Source of the DNA: Sphagnum compactum
Lineage: Eukaryota
Reading direction: 5' to 3'
NCBI GenBank assembly: GCA_965153455.1
Contig: OZ234494.1
Location: forward strand, 186,001 to 250,000
DNA length: 64,000 bases
The position numbers were made by a program, and so were the translations under genes. The notes beneath the pieces were generated by a model, which was not told the DNA's origin, made no database searches, and saw only the letters and a list, made by a program, of their open reading frames with translations. This document shows positions 1 to 13,946 of the stretch, piece after piece; positions within the stretch are counted from its first letter, which is position 1; each line of letters begins with the position of its first letter.

Positions 1-245
1 GTTTTTTTGCTTCAATTCTGGATTTCGATCAACCCCAATCCTCCGTTTGTTACTGTTCTCAATACCAGATGCAATGAGCCTGTTTTATAGTGAATGCAAG
101 ATGCTTCTTCTCTTCTCTTCTCTTCTCACTTGAATGGCAATACTCCCAATGTGAACTTCACATTCATGGTTTGGGTGTCAACATAGGGATATTGTCTAGA
201 GTTCCATTGACATTTCTAGTAATTTTGTTTTTGGTTTTGATGCAG

Positions 246-603
246 ACTGGAATTAGAGGTGTTGCTAAAACCAATCACATCTGCCAAAGAAATCCCAGGT
301 AAATAGATGGAATTGTTAAGAAAATGAGAGCAAAAGCATCAATCTGATCACTACTTGCATGTAAGGAAGGAATAGGCTCCTAGGTCTATGGCTTGTCTTG
401 CTTACTTTTCAACTGTGTATGCAATTCTTTCTGCTGGTGTGCTTACAGTAAAGTGTTGAAATTTTGGGTTGGGTTCAAAATTTGTGTGCATGGGACATAC
501 ACAAAAGTCGTGGATCAAATATGGGAGCAAGGACTAAAGCAAATGAAGCGCAACCATATTCATTTTGCTACTGGTTTGCCAGAAGATAATGGTGTCATTA
601 GTG
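246..603 (+). pseudogene. TPT1: tRNA 2'-phosphotransferase (Tpt1/KptA) fragment, two exons (246-298, 481-603)
   Basis: Exons read LELEVLLKPITSAKEIP-V-CVHGTYTKVVDQIWEQGLKQMKRNHIHFATGLPEDNGVISG, with the CVHGT and RxHIHF motifs. GT donors at 299 and 604. The acceptor before 481 is AA, not AG. No downstream C-terminal exons are visible. Confidence 0.8.
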
Positions 604-3600
604 GTATGTTCTAGTTATATTCTTGCTAACGTTTTCTGCTTCCATGTTTGTATTCCTCACAAGTGATGGGTATTGTTTGAATTGAAATTGCATTCCAGTC
701 TTGGTCAGCTACTGGTCTAAAGTTGATGAATGGTCCATGTTGTTTTGGGGATCTGAGGATGGCAAACGACCCCTCTTTGTGGTGGCAGGTGGTGAGCACA
801 TAGTGGCTCTATTTGACCAAGTTCCAGGCAATCAAAGCATTGTCCAGTCCTATTTGCATCTGAAGGCTGGTCCTAAGCGAATATTCAGTTGCACCTGCTG
901 GTTGCATGATTCTGTTCTTTTTTTAGGTCATTTTATGACTAACATGGCATGCACATTAACTGTCATGGCCAATTATAGCCTCCAAGAAGGAATGCCTATG
1001 GAGGTCGATTTGGAAATAGACTTAAACCACTTTTGCTTTGCCGTCACTAGTGGATTTGGTCCAGGTGGTCACGCTGCTTTTGTTTTTGACTTTGGAAAGC
1101 GAGAAAATAAATACATATATACATAAAAAAAAACGAAAGGGAAATGGGGCTGCCCTAGTGGTAATGCCATTTTCCTTGCTTGCCTCCTACAATCTTTGTT
1201 TCCTTTTTTTTCATAAACAAAACATTTCCATCCACACCTTGGGTACATAGGCCCCACTAAGATTTAAATCCTCAAAGAATGTTGTGAACACAAACCAAAA
1301 TAAAAAAATAATACCCCACCACTTGGCCTTCAAAAAATAATTGCAATGTAAAACATAAATTACAAAACCTAGTGCTTATAAAACTAAATCTAGTTACAAC
1401 ACAAAACTAAATATCACTTTTGGTGATTCAAAAATATATACTCACTTATAATGCACAAGAATTCAAGCCCAAACACAATGTTCATATAAATTATGACATG
1501 CATAAACACACAACAATTGTAAAAAAAAAAAGGGCCAAAATGTTGAAATCTCAAATCATTGAAAGAGGTTTTGATCCCCCTTAATAAAATAATAAAAACT
1601 TGTTCACACCAAAATTGGTTCTTTAATAATCAACAATAAACCAAAGGAATTAAATTAACCCAACCGAACACCGAATTGACTATGACTTATTTAAATAAGT
1701 CACATGACACACATAATATTATTTTTTCCTTAGGATAAATTTAAGTTTTAAAAAACAAATTGCATTGTCCATTTTGATATCTTGGATGTTGGAACTAGAC
1801 CCATATTTGAAATAAATAAAAATTAGAACTAAACCTAGACCATTCCTTTAAAAATGTTAGGAACTAGAACCAAGGGTTCCCCCTAAAACCAAGGAACTAG
1901 CCAAGATTGGTTTTAAACATTTGAAGGTGTTTTCCAAAGTTTTGCAATTACACAAGATAATTGTGTGATGAACATGATATTCACATTATGATTTTAGCAT
2001 ACTTGGCATTGTTTTGTTGATTGAAACATGAAGAACCCAAGTTGAAGTCAAATGTCTTTAGTCCATGTTTCTTTTAGGTGTATTGCAATTGTTTAATTTT
2101 TTACCTCATGTTTTGTGTGACATGATGTGAACTTTGTAAGATTTTCCCTAACTCGCCAATGGCACAAACACAATAACTCTTACATGGTGACATTCCATTG
2201 GAATTAAGTCATGTTAATTAATGAAACAAGATTCAATGGTGTACAACTATGTGTGAAGTGTGAATGTACCCAAGGATGGAATGGGATGGGATGGGAGGGT
2301 TGTGTCTTTATCCCCAATAAAAATATTTAATGAGACAAAAATCATTTCAAAAAATGAAAATAAACAAAAAAATTATGCAAAAAGTATTCCATGTTAGGTA
2401 TAAGTAAAATGGAGGTGAACACTCAACTTGTAGTCCATGCAATGTAAAAAATATATCATTAATGTAAACAATAATCAACTACCAATGTCCATAATCAATT
2501 TTCAATAGAACATGGCATGAAAAAAAACATTCAATGGGTGGTCAATGTGAACATCCAACCTTGCAAAATTCATAGCCATAAAATAAAATTTGTGGGATTT
2601 TTGTTTTCCTCTAAATTATTTGAGCTCAGTTTTATCTTTATTGCATACACAAATCATTGTTTCCTTCTCTTATGTTTTTTTGATGTTTTTCTAGCTCCAA
2701 CTTCTTTTAAAAATTAGCTAGATTTTGTCCTTTTAATTATTCACCAATTCCAAAAATGAGATATAAGGCCATGTCCAACAATGATTAATTGTGGTTTTTC
2801 TTACTAATTCATGTCAAGATTCTTAGAGGCTATATTAGGGTACATTTCATATGTTACAATTTCAATGCTAAGAGTTGAAAGTTTGGCCATATCAATCCCA
2901 TTCGATAGAAATCCTAGTGTGGAAGCTCTAGCTAGTTTTGTTACTAATCAATTTAACCATTTAATATAGTAGCATGTTGATGCTATGTTGAAAATATAGT
3001 TAGAGAAATACCCACTTATTCATTCTGATTTACCCTTCACAAATGCCACAAGGTTTGGGATGTTCTTTTAGCCTTAAATTCTAACAACTATCCACGTCTT
3101 ATTAATGGGAAAGGATCAATGTTACAAGCTAAACACATGAGTTAGGCAAAGTGCATGTTAGTGACCCCTAAACCACAAACAAAACACATTGTTATCCTGA
3201 AACCTAATGCATTTTGAAAGGGATAACATCTCTAGATCTTTGATCTAAGGGAACTCCTTAGAAGTTGTTTTCCTTTGTTACAAATTGCATCCATGAACAA
3301 ATTTATTTACTTAAATGTTTAACACCAATTTCAATACATCTCCATGATATGTCTAAACATACTTTTTAACATTTTGGCATATGTAGAGCACACCTTTCAC
3401 ACTCAAGTCCACATTCATACAATGTTCACCACAACAAAGTGATTGTCTTATTACTAACCTAAAACTAAAAGGGGGAGAAAATTGTTAAGAAAAACACAAA
3501 AATACAAAAGGCATGAACAAAACATGCACATACCAAAACAAAAATAGAATTCCAATGGATGCGATCAAAGGGCATGTACCATACTACAGTACAATTGACA

Positions 3601-6210
3601 TGAATTGATATGAAGGAAAAGGGTTCAAGGATTGTGAAGACCATATTGTTCAATGAAGACAATGAACATGAATTGGATGGGAGTTCTAGGGGTATGCAAC
3701 GTAGAATGAGGATTAGGGAGGAAGGAAAGACAAAAGGAATGAGAAAAAATGAAAGAAAAAGGTAGGTGGGGAGGGTAAAAGGGCGAGCACATTATAATAT
3801 TTGAATAGAAAAAACAAAATTGATATTCAAGTATTCATCTTGGTTGAATTGGAATTCCAAAACATGTTTTAATTAGGTTGTTTGAACCTTTAATGCCCTC
3901 ATGACCAATTTAATTTTAAATGAACATTGATTGAATATAAATAGGTAAAAAATTAAATAAATTACACATCAAAATAAAAACATGGTTTTCAAATTAGCTT
4001 ATGAAGTGGGTAGATGCAAGTCAGGGTGGCTCAAAAGTGACAAGAGTCCTAGTCCCAAAAGTTTATATTTTAACACCAAAATGAAAAAAACAATTAAAAA
4101 TCAATGTTTAGTAAGCCTTATGTGGTGATTAATTAACTAATAAAGTCCATAAGAAAGGATGCCCATTTAGACAACTCTTTTGACATACATGTTAGCGGGA
4201 AAAATATCAATCCAACAAAAAATGACTGAGATAGGGACTTTTGAAAATAAAATTCAAATCTTGTGATTCAAAAGTCCATAGTTGTGTTGTGGTTAAATTT
4301 TTTGTTGTGAGGTTTTCAACCCATTTTTTTTCGATCATGTACCACATAGAGAGTTCCTATAAAAAATATTGAGATGAAATCATAATAAAAAATGCATTTG
4401 AATGTTAATGGAAAATCCAAATCAAAATCTATATGTCCACTTTAAAAGTCCATTATTATACAATTGATATATGTTTATTGAATTTCACCCCTCTAAAAAA
4501 TATTCTTATTCAAGTTGGCAATCTTAATCTAAAAATATATTTGTTAAATTAATGATTTTATATTGCATTTGTGGCATTCAAATAAACTACATGTTGCAAA
4601 AAGTTCATATAGATGCAACAAATGATTCACCTTAACTTGCAACTACTTGAATTGAGAGGTGGATGTTGCTTACCTAAAATTATTCATTTGTAGGTAGTAA
4701 GACATTGTAGGTAAGGTGAACAAATGTGAAAACTGTTTGTCCATGGAATGAGGTTCTCCCACTTGTGGAAAATTCTACCTTCCCAAATACTATAAAAAAT
4801 TAAGCTAAGGTAAAAAACATTGGGTGAACATAGAAGGCTTATTCCATATGCCAAGAAATTTTGGAACCAAAAAATGAAAAATACCTAGAATTGAATGAAT
4901 GTTAAATCTTAATGGTTTAATTGCCTTTTGGGTAGTATAAATATTTTAATCATGCCACAAGGTTTATTTTATGACCCACATTCAACTTTTTTTATTAATT
5001 CATTTTTGCATTTTTGATGGTTGGAACATATTTTTGGGTAAAATTAAAATATATTTTTACTTATTAAACAAAATGGCGTGAAGCAAAATAATTATTATGG
5101 AAGGTTCACTATTTGAATTTTTCATTTCTTATTCCACCTGTATAAGAGCTATGTAAGTCTTCATTATTATATTAGGTGAATATTCTAAAATTTTATTATT
5201 AAAAAATAACTTGGGATGAAAATTTTAAAAAATACCTTTGAGTTTATTAATAAGTTTTGTAGCACAATTTTCATAATTATGTCAAAGGATGTGTGAAATA
5301 GTTCATAAATTGTTAAAACATTTAGGCAAGAAATGTTTTTAAATGATTTTTTAGTTTTCTTCTATGTTTAAAGGTTTGATGAGTTATCAAAATGTATTTA
5401 TGTTATCATGTATTCATTATTTGCATTTGTTCATTATTTGCATGTATTCATTATTTGCATTTGATGTGTAAGAAGGTATGTAAAATTAGTAATATTTAAT
5501 TTATGTTCGATCACAACAAACAAATGTGTACTCGGAACAATTTTTTTTGGCATGACATTTGTAAATTTTGAATCAACATTTGTTTTGACATGTATTATTT
5601 ATAATAGTTTGAAATGATGTGTTGATCATTTTCAGTTTATATAAAAATAACGGTCTGAATTATTTTTAATTAATTTTCAATTTGAAAAAAAATTATGTTA
5701 ATTTCTGCAATCAAATATTCTTATGAATTGGATGTATTTATTAATTTTCAAGTTAAAAATTTAAAAGGTACCAAAAGGTAGGTAGAAAGTGATGCCCTTA
5801 TGAATATTGTTTATTATTTGTTATCATATGGTGCAAATGAATTAAATAAGTGTCAAACCCTTGTCCTTTCCTTTTCAATTTACATGTGTTTATGTAATTG
5901 GGTAATGCATGTAATGTTTTCAACTTTCAAAAAGGAGAAAAAACATGTACATCCAAAACCATTTAATAATTTCTTAAAAAATAAAGTTTACTAGCTCATT
6001 CAAAAGAATAATTGTGTCCATCATTGTCAAAAATCAAGTCCATTAAAATTGTAATATAATCAAAATTTGAAGATATAATCAATTGTAATGAACGTTATCC
6101 CTTTGGAATCTAAATTTGATCACTTGCAATGCATCATTCACAATTAAATTTATTATCTAATTAAAAAATTTAATTAGATGTTTTTTCAATTCAAGTTTAA
6201 ATAGGAACTA

Positions 6211-6774
6211 AAGCATATTGATTATAAAATATTTCCATGTTTTTGTAACCACTACCATTATCTTATCAAATGTTTTTTTTTTAATCTTGTATTTCACATG
6301 TTACTTAAATTTGGGTAACAATCCAATGATGAAATATTTTAACAACAATATGTTAATTTTTATCAAAAATCCACTTCTCTCCCCATTGCAATTTTTTTAC
6401 AATATTAAAATTGTATATATATATTCACCTTCTTTCACTGACTCAATTTTAAGAATACATTGATTATGTGGCATGGAATTCTGAGATAATAAAAAAGGAG
6501 ATTAATTAGAATTTGTAATAATTTGATTACCTTAATCCTAATTAATCTAAAATTTTGATTAAAAGTTAAAGGTCATCACCATGATTATCGTCTTTTTAAC
6601 AATGGAAACTTTTAAATGGAGTACACAAAAATGACTTCAACATTGGATAAAATTGTTATATTTACGTTTTTTTTTTCATTTGCGTAGACTATCTAACCTA
6701 CATAGTAATTATGATATATAACCCTTATGGGAAAGATTATATCTCGTCATTCCTAGTGTATTATATTATTATCA
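6211..6774 (+). repeat. ~565-bp AT-rich dispersed repeat, copy 1
   Basis: Colinear and highly similar to 46261-46824 (aagcatattgattataaaat ... tcctagtgtattatattattatca). Confidence 0.9.
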
Positions 6775-8526
6775 TAATTGGATGCATAAGGTTTCAAACT
6801 AATTACAATAGTTGTACATGTAAGAGCAATGAAAATATATGTAGTAGTAGTGGAGGCACTCAAGAAAAAGGAAGGACAGTGTGAAACTCAGTTTAGCGCC
6901 AAAATTGATGATTTCCAGTTTCACCCCCTTTGAATGCTAATGTATTTTTTTGCAGGTGTTTTTTTTATCTCGCCCTGTGTATGATGAAACGCAAGGTTTT
7001 GGTGCCGTGTTTGTCTTACTTTATGGATAACTCTAATGTGTGAGTGACATTTGAAATATTATGTGTGCATATGATGGATGTGTATGTTCCATAAAAATGT
7101 AAATATGCATTTTGATGAGAAGTTCTAGATCCAGTAAGGGAAGTTAAGCTTGAAGTTTGAGCCTTGAGTCATTACAGAATGAATGAGTTGCTCCTTTTTC
7201 ATATCCAAAAATTTAGCCCATCTACACTTGACCAATACCTAGCTTACATCAAAATAATGAAATTGTGACGATCTTCAACAAAATTGCTTATTCCAAGGGA
7301 AAGAAAAAGTTAGAGCTCACATTGGAATAAATGAAAATGAAAAACCTTGCTTAGGTTGGTGCACATTGTTGAAATGTTCTAAGCTCTAAAGACAATCCAA
7401 TAAATTTCTTACTCATTATCCCCTTTTGCGATAGTGGTATGTTCCTTAATGGGTGTAAGGAAGATTAAATTATGAATTTGCCAAAATGTTTTAGGACAAA
7501 TCATTAACTTTTAAAGAGGTCATGTTTTGATTTCTTAAATTAAAATGTGGTTCACTTTGTCACTATTTTCATCCTTTTAATGTGATCATTATAAAAGGGT
7601 TTTAATATAAGCCCAAAGGATGAAATTTCATACAATGGCATATGTTGGTATTGTAAAAAATATATATTTTGTGTATGGTTCATACAAACTTGTACAATCA
7701 TAATAGCAACCAATGTCACCTCAAAGCCTTGAATTTTTAAACATCTGGCATATACTACGAAACCATTTTTTTTCGGTTCAAAATTTCACACCTAAACCAT
7801 AGAGAAAAGAATTTTCTTTCCTAAGATTCCTTTTTTTGGAAAAAGTTCACCAAATTTAAGAATTATCAAAAGGATTTCATCAAGATTCTACAACAAGTTT
7901 CAATAAGTAGCCAAAAAATAAAATGGTCCTTAAATGTTATGTTATTATCATATTCTATGTTTAGCCAAATTTGGTTGTAGCAAGATATGAATGATTGCAA
8001 CATGAGCTACATGCCAAATTTGAAAGTAAAATAAAATAGATCCCAAGTATGGATGTTTGGAAACGGAATTTGTGTTGGATGTTTAAATTATGGAGTCTTT
8101 TGAAAAATATAGCTTGAAAGGATGGATGTTGTCTTTTGATTGATTTCATAATCCTTCTCCGTTTGCACATTGAATTGAGTACATTATAAAACACTAAAAG
8201 AAGTTCTTTTCGGTGTATTCATAGTCTACCTTATGCAATGGAATCTTTCCTTTGCAAAAAGGAGGCATTTTGAAAAATGAAACACTCACTCTGGCAAACA
8301 GTTCACCTCCATTGAAAGGACATTTATTCATAGCCATGGTTTTCAAAAACATCAAAGACCTGGTGGTGATGAGTAACCATGGTTCTCAAAAATTTAAAAA
8401 TCAAATAACCGACTATTGGTGAAACCATTGGGGGCTTTTTCATGAAAACTGCTAGTTCTTGAGTTTTTGAAATAACCCCGACCAACGGTTTCATTTAATT
8501 CTGATTTTTTCCCTGAACTATCAAAA

Positions 8527-8813
8527 AATAAAATAAAACAATTCCCCTTGCCCCTTTCAACAGTAAAAAGTAATTTTTGAAAGTTGTAAATAGTAAAAAA
8601 GTAACAAACAGTGAACTTTCATTAGTAAAAAGGTAATTTACAAAAGTTACAAGTAGTAAAAAAAAGTAACAAAAAGTAACAAAAAGTGAAAAAGGTCAAC
8701 AAAAACAACCTGCCATTACAGTAGAACAACCTGTCACTAGAGTGGGTTTTTGGTGGTCAAACAGCCTCCAGCCTGCGTCTTTATGGGTGTAGTGGGGAAA
8801 TCATATGTATAGG
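8527..8813 (+). mobile_element. Non-autonomous element family A, 3' part ending in decayed hairpin + ATCATATGTATAGG
   Basis: Similar to 14883-15100. A-rich aaaagtaac repeats, decayed stem ctgcgtct-ttat-gggtgtag, terminal motif at 8800-8813. Confidence 0.6.
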
Positions 8814-9109
8814 TTGTATGTAGATGTTATGACAAATGGAACAAAAAGGGTTGAACCATCAAGCGTGACATTGAATGAACATCAACATAATGCCCTTCAC
8901 ATTCCATCATGGTGAGTTACGATTCTCCCACAATGTCTTTGTATCTTCCAAATGGACACAACACATCAGATTCTTAGTGAACTTCATTGCATTACATTGA
9001 ACCACAGTACTTGTTAGACTACAACTACATAGTAGTTCCACTTCCAGGCGGGTTTTGTGAGTGCATATCTGCATATTGAAGGTGTGCAAGAATTCCTCAC
9101 AATTAGTTG

Positions 9110-9318
9110 TTTTACTTCATTTTCATGATCGTCATGGTTCTCCTGGTCTTCTTGTTCCTCAGAATCCTCTTGTTCCTCCTCCCTAATAACCTCGAGTGGA
9201 ACTTCTCGGTCCTTCGTGGGTTTTTCAACCATGGTCTCTTGGATTAGCTTACGGGATTTTTTTGGTGCCATCAGACTCTCCAATAAGTGGATCGAGCTTT
9301 ATTGGAGCTCTGATACCA
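9110..9318 (-). mobile_element. tRNA-iMet primer-binding site and truncated start of the gag-like ORF of an LTR retrotransposon
   Basis: Minus strand TGGTATCAGAGC (9318-9307) lies 2 nt after the LTR end CA. ATG at 9271 gives MAPKKSRK...EEEQEDSEEQEDQENHDDHENE, then homology is lost. Confidence 0.8.
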
Positions 9319-9320
9319 AG

Positions 9321-11039
9321 TGACGCACCCCCAACCTCTTGGATAGACTCTAAGGAGAGTCTAAAGTAGAAACAACAAAAAAGTCAAGAGTTGGGGCATG
9401 CTCCTTAGCTCATAGCACTTTGGGGGTAAAAGGGCGTGCTAGAGCTCCAGGATGGGACCAAGAAAAATGACAAGCACTTAATCATTCACACGGATCTGCA
9501 TAAAACCAAACGACAAGTTGGTTAATGCATAGTTGGAACACTTTTGTTGCTAGGATGAGCCACGGGCAAACTCAGACTAACAAGACTCACCACGGCTCGG
9601 ACTTGGGGGAAGCCAAACCTTACCCCTTATAGTATACTATGTGCCTTCTCCGCGAGGCCCACATCCAAATGACATTTGTCCTGGGACTCCCAAATAGGAG
9701 TCCTAAAATTACCAAAGTTGGGACTCCCGCGCCTTTGGGGCTCTATAACTTTGTGTGTAGACCTTTGATTGAGATGAGGTCCAAAGCAAAGTTGTAGCTC
9801 TCGTCAAGATCTTTCCAACAGTATGTTGCATGCCACCTGCACATAAGGGAATCGGGTCGATTTTGACTTTTAGTGGTCAGGAGTCAAACTGTGACGTGCT
9901 CCCAAGTTCCCAGTTAGACCCAAGATGGGTCTGAATTACTCAAACAGCGGAATTATGAAGAACTCGGGGCATGCTCCCAGCCTTCAGCACTAAAAGGGGT
10001 AGAAGGGTGTGTTGAAGCTTCGAGATGGGACTAGGAAGAGTGACAAGATTTAGTTACTTACTTGAACCTGCATGAAACCAACCAACAAGTTGGTTAGTTC
10101 ACTTTTTGGAGCACCCTTGGTGCTAGGACAAGCCACAGGCAACTCTGGATTCACAAGACTCACCACGGCCCGAACTCAGGGGAAGCCACCACCTTCCCCC
10201 ATATAGTATTTTCTGTGCCTCTTCGTGGCACCCACATCCGAATGGTTTTTTATCCCGGGACTCCCAAGGAGGAGTCCCAAAACTGTCCCGGCTTAGACTC
10301 CCGGGACTTTGTGAGATTATAACTCCTTGCTCAGGCCTCCGATTAAGATGGGGTCTTAAGCAAACTTGTAACTTTCTTCGAAAGCTTTCCAACGGCGTGT
10401 CGCACTCCACCTTCATGCACCAGGGTCGGGTCGATTCCCGAATTTTAATGGTCAGGATTCAAATTACCAGTTTGACTCTCGGCCCTTCTTTTTGCCATAA
10501 GTTATGCTGCAGATGTTCAAATGGCCCATGCGAGCCCATTTTTGACATTTACATTTCAGTAACTTTTTAATGATATAAAGAACACCCCAATGCGAGGTGT
10601 TTTGACCCCTGCAATTGAACTCTAAAGTTTTGGGAGTCCCGGAGGACTTCCAAGTCCCCATTTCGGGAGTGTGGGTCTCATCCTCACACTCTCTCAAAGT
10701 AGGGTTGCGACAAATTGCCACTTTGACTCCTGACCCTTCTTTTGGCCATAACTTGTGTTTGATATGTTCAAATGGGTCATGTGAGCCCCTTTTAGACATC
10801 TACGTTTCAATAGCTTTCCAATGATATAAAGAACTTTTCAATGCGATGGGTTTTGACCCCTGTAATTACTCTCTGAACATTTGGGAGTCCACTGGGATTC
10901 CAACTCCCGAAAGTGGGAGTTCCCTTGGGATTGTGAGGGTGCATTCCCTCACACTTTCCTTCACTCCAGGGCTTCCTCTTGGCCCCGTTACATTGCAACC
11001 CCTTTCCTTGGTCGCGAGCCCAAGGCCAAGGTTCCGACA
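9321..11039 (-). mobile_element. 5' LTR (~890 bp without the nested insert) of a gypsy-like retrotransposon
   Basis: TG...CA termini (9321 tgacg; 11039 ccgaca), adjacent PBS, many gggagtccc/gggactccc motifs. Interrupted at 9892-10712. Confidence 0.85.
9892..10712 (-). mobile_element. Solo LTR (821 bp) of a related family nested in the outer LTR
   Basis: Starts tgacg, ends gttgcgaca. 5-bp TSD AACTG (9887-9891) / AATTG (10713-10717). Sequence is paralogous to the outer LTR. Confidence 0.85.
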
Positions 11040-11221
11040 TGATAAGCAAGCAAACCGACCTTGTCTCATGAATTTAGGGTTCACAAATCGCAAGATGATA
11101 ACATTCAGCTTCAAAAGACAAAAAATTACCAATCTGCAAATGTAAATACAAACCAGGTCTCACAAGTGCCGATACTTCAGCCTCCCAATTTACGTTCCTA
11201 GCAAGTTTTCAAGATTTGAGG

Positions 11222-11984
11222 GTCGTAATATGTTAAAACCATCTACTGCAATCGCGATTAACAAGTCTTCTATTTGTGGATGGCAACGGCCCTCTTTCAA
11301 ATTTTTTTGTCCCGACAATTCACACCCCGATGCAATCAGGGCCAGTGTATGAAAATGGAAAGGAGGAGATACGGATTCGACTCAGCTTGGAGGTGGTCCA
11401 AACCTTGCCTATACCGGCAGCAAACCCTAAACTAAAAACCATGAACCTAATCAAGTACCTACCGAAATTGCAGAAACAAAAAGCCAAACCCCAGGAAGGC
11501 ACATCAGGGGCACCACATACGCTTTATCAATAGAATCCATTGAATTTTTGCACATTCCTTTTTTGACATATGAACATCTTTTCCATTTTTTGGGGTGCCC
11601 AAAAGAAACACTCACACCATTCTCAGCAACACTGCCCAAGTGGTGCACGTAAATTCACCCATTGATCAATACCAAAAGAAAAAGATGCTATAATAGTAAG
11701 CAAACCTGGAATGACCTCAGATCCCTAATACAGAAAGTTTTGTCATCACAACCGGATGCAATCATACGGCCGGCCAACCTTCAAGCATGCACCATTACAT
11801 GTGGCGCACCAAAGAAGGTGCTCATACAACACAAGTACTTGACGTATTTGCCATTGTTTGTGAACCATTTACCTTACAACTTACAGATACACTAGAGTTG
11901 ACACTCTTCATATACCAAAACAAAAAACGCATAAGATGCACTAAAACATTATTAGCCACGGAAGGCACATACATCCAAGATTAA
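11222..11984 (+). pseudogene. Decayed ORF of unknown function
   Basis: Consecutive protein-like frames (NHLLQSRLTSLLFVDG..., ALSIESIEFLHIPFLTYEHLFHFLGCP..., HHYMWRTKEG...) linked by frameshifts and stops. No family recognised. Confidence 0.35.
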
Positions 11985-12015
11985 TCGAGAAAAAATGCAA
12001 TGAAAATCAGTCCAC

Positions 12016-12153
12016 CTATTCTAAGAAATGAAATTAACATCGGCATTAACGGCTTTGACTAACGGAGATGGTTGATTGCTCACGATGACGCACGTCCCAT
12101 ATCTGTAGGGTTTCATCCACAGACGCAAACACGTCGACATCTGCAAGACTCCA
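12016..12153 (-). pseudogene. GRWD1: Single exon of a GRWD1/Rrb1-like WD40 protein
   Basis: Translates WSLADVDVFASVDETLQIWDVRHREQSTISV/KAVNADVNFIS*NR, resembling GRWD1 WSPxExxVFASCSVD...WDxR...KAHNADVNVISWNR. GT donor at 12015, acceptor decayed to CAA, frameshift and stop present. Confidence 0.75.
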
Positions 12154-12370
12154 TTGCATTGAATCAAACAACATTCACAAAGGAGCACGAACCAAAGCCA
12201 CCACAACCTACAAGAGAACAAGATCTAATCACAAGAAAGTAACAAAGTTAGGCCGAGGGGGTGCACCTTGATCATAGTCATAGTATCACTACTAGAAGAA
12301 GTTTGGATATTTCAATACTACTGCATTGCACACAACGGGTTGTATTTAGGAAACACGCAGTCAGATAGAC

Positions 12371-13191
12371 CTAGGAGAGGGCAGCATAGCGAGCAAGAAC
12401 CCATGCAGCTTCTGTCACAACCAACTTAGAAGGGCCATTAGGAATACTGATTACGGTGCCCTTGCACATTCCAACTTGAGTCTATTAGCGACTTCATTGA
12501 GGAAGGCACAGAAAGGCATTTGTATAAGGTATGCAACTAAAACAAAAAGTCCTTTTCCATTCGGTGAAACAATTCGACTTCAGCAACTTCCGTTTTGATT
12601 GCATAGTCCATTTGGAAAGACTACATGGTTGTTTTGGAAGTCACAAAACCCAAGTTATTCCGTGGGAGCATCAGGTAGTGGGAATCACAAGCTACACACC
12701 ACCTATCCAACCTGCTCCCTGCTTGTAATACATAGCAGTTTTAGAGGCCAGGCCCTTAAAACCTTGACACCATGACTCATTGTCAGATTCGGCCAAAGGC
12801 ACAAGACCCTGCAGTAGAGCACAAAATTCGTTGATCCTCAAGGATAAGCCCAGAGAAGTAGCACAAGAAATGAATCCGACATGCCGTAGTACAAAAGAAG
12901 GTTGGATGTTGAAAGCACATTCCTTGTCCACCTTGATGCCTGGCGCAGTGTTCTGCTCCTTCAAATAGTCCATCATGAGCTCGGCCTCGGTTGTGGACCA
13001 GTACAAAGTCTCTTCAAAAAGGATGGCATTGACACATACTCTCTTAGGCTCGGAGTGGTGCACGACAATTGTTTGTACGCCTGGCGATTGACTTCTGTGT
13101 TTTGAAGGCCGATAGAGGCCAAGCGTAAGCCACCAACTACATTAGATTCATCCACGGCCGGGATACCACGACCAGGAGTTGCGATTGTTTT
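12371..13191 (-). pseudogene. FBA: Class I fructose-bisphosphate aldolase (plastid type) fragment, exons 13191-12923, 12808-12700, 12461-12371
   Basis: KTIATPGRGIPAVDESN...RLASIGLQNTEVNRQAY...AILFEETLY...PGIKVDK | GLVPLAESDNESWCQG...YYKQGA | TVISIPNGPS...EAAWVLARYAALS*. Frameshift near 13030, GA donor at 12922, Gln to TAG. Both ends of the gene are missing. Confidence 0.92.
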
Positions 13192-13373
13192 CTAAGATCA
13201 TCGCAGCCACAGCAAGCAGTGGACGTAGATTAGTCGAAGAGTCACTACTAACTCTGCCTTTGATTCGTCACACCTCTAGCTTACGAACGAATCTTAAAAA
13301 ATTAAACAAACAAAACAAAAGAAGCCTCGTAGACATGGAACAGTCAAAATTGTCCATTGTTGTTAGACGATAA

Positions 13374-13946
13374 TCAATGCTTCAAATGTCTGGGACCGCA
13401 TCCTAGGTTGGATTGCTGTAATTCCATTCCCCGATCACTTGACAGTTGTCCCAAGTGCCACCTTTTGCACAATGGGCAGGCGTTGGGCAATGTCCCGTTG
13501 CACGAAGGAAGGTACGGTGTTGATTGCGCGGGTCAGATCCAGTGTGAACGATACCGGATTCTTTTTTGGGCCATTTGGCGTCGCAACATATCGAACATGC
13601 ACAAGGCCATGCTAGAATTAAGAAACATCACTCATGATGAAGAGTTGGCTTGATGGATGGGATTGAAGGCCTTAGGCCAGTCTATTACCAACTTCACACG
13701 GTTGGTAGATGCATGCATTCGAATGTTAGAGGAGGACAATACATTTAAAAAAAAATTAGGATTGAGTGTAGCATCATCAACCACAACCCCCAAGGTTTCG
13801 AGATGGCCCAGAGGATCATAGCCTATTGCATGGACCTAGTACGCCTTACAATAGAGAGAACCCTCAATTCCTTTGAAGGAAGGCCAAACGGAAGGCAAAC
13901 TTTGGTTGATTCGAGAGCTTCCTGAGCTTCTGTTCTTCTCTCCAAT
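13374..13946 (-). pseudogene. Decayed ORF of unknown type with a CxxCxxxH motif
   Basis: Follows a pyrimidine-rich acceptor (tttttctgtag). Reads ...HAIGYDPLGHLETLGVVVDD...RVKLVIDWPKAFNPIH...PNACPLCKRWHLGQ with stops and a frameshift. Confidence 0.3.

Noticed and set aside
701-1126. 141-aa ORF as the continuation of TPT1
   Set aside because: No resemblance to the Tpt1 C-terminus, non-ATG start, and no recognisable domain.
10123-11145. Several 70-110 aa ORFs
   Set aside because: They lie inside LTR sequence and show no gag/pol motifs.
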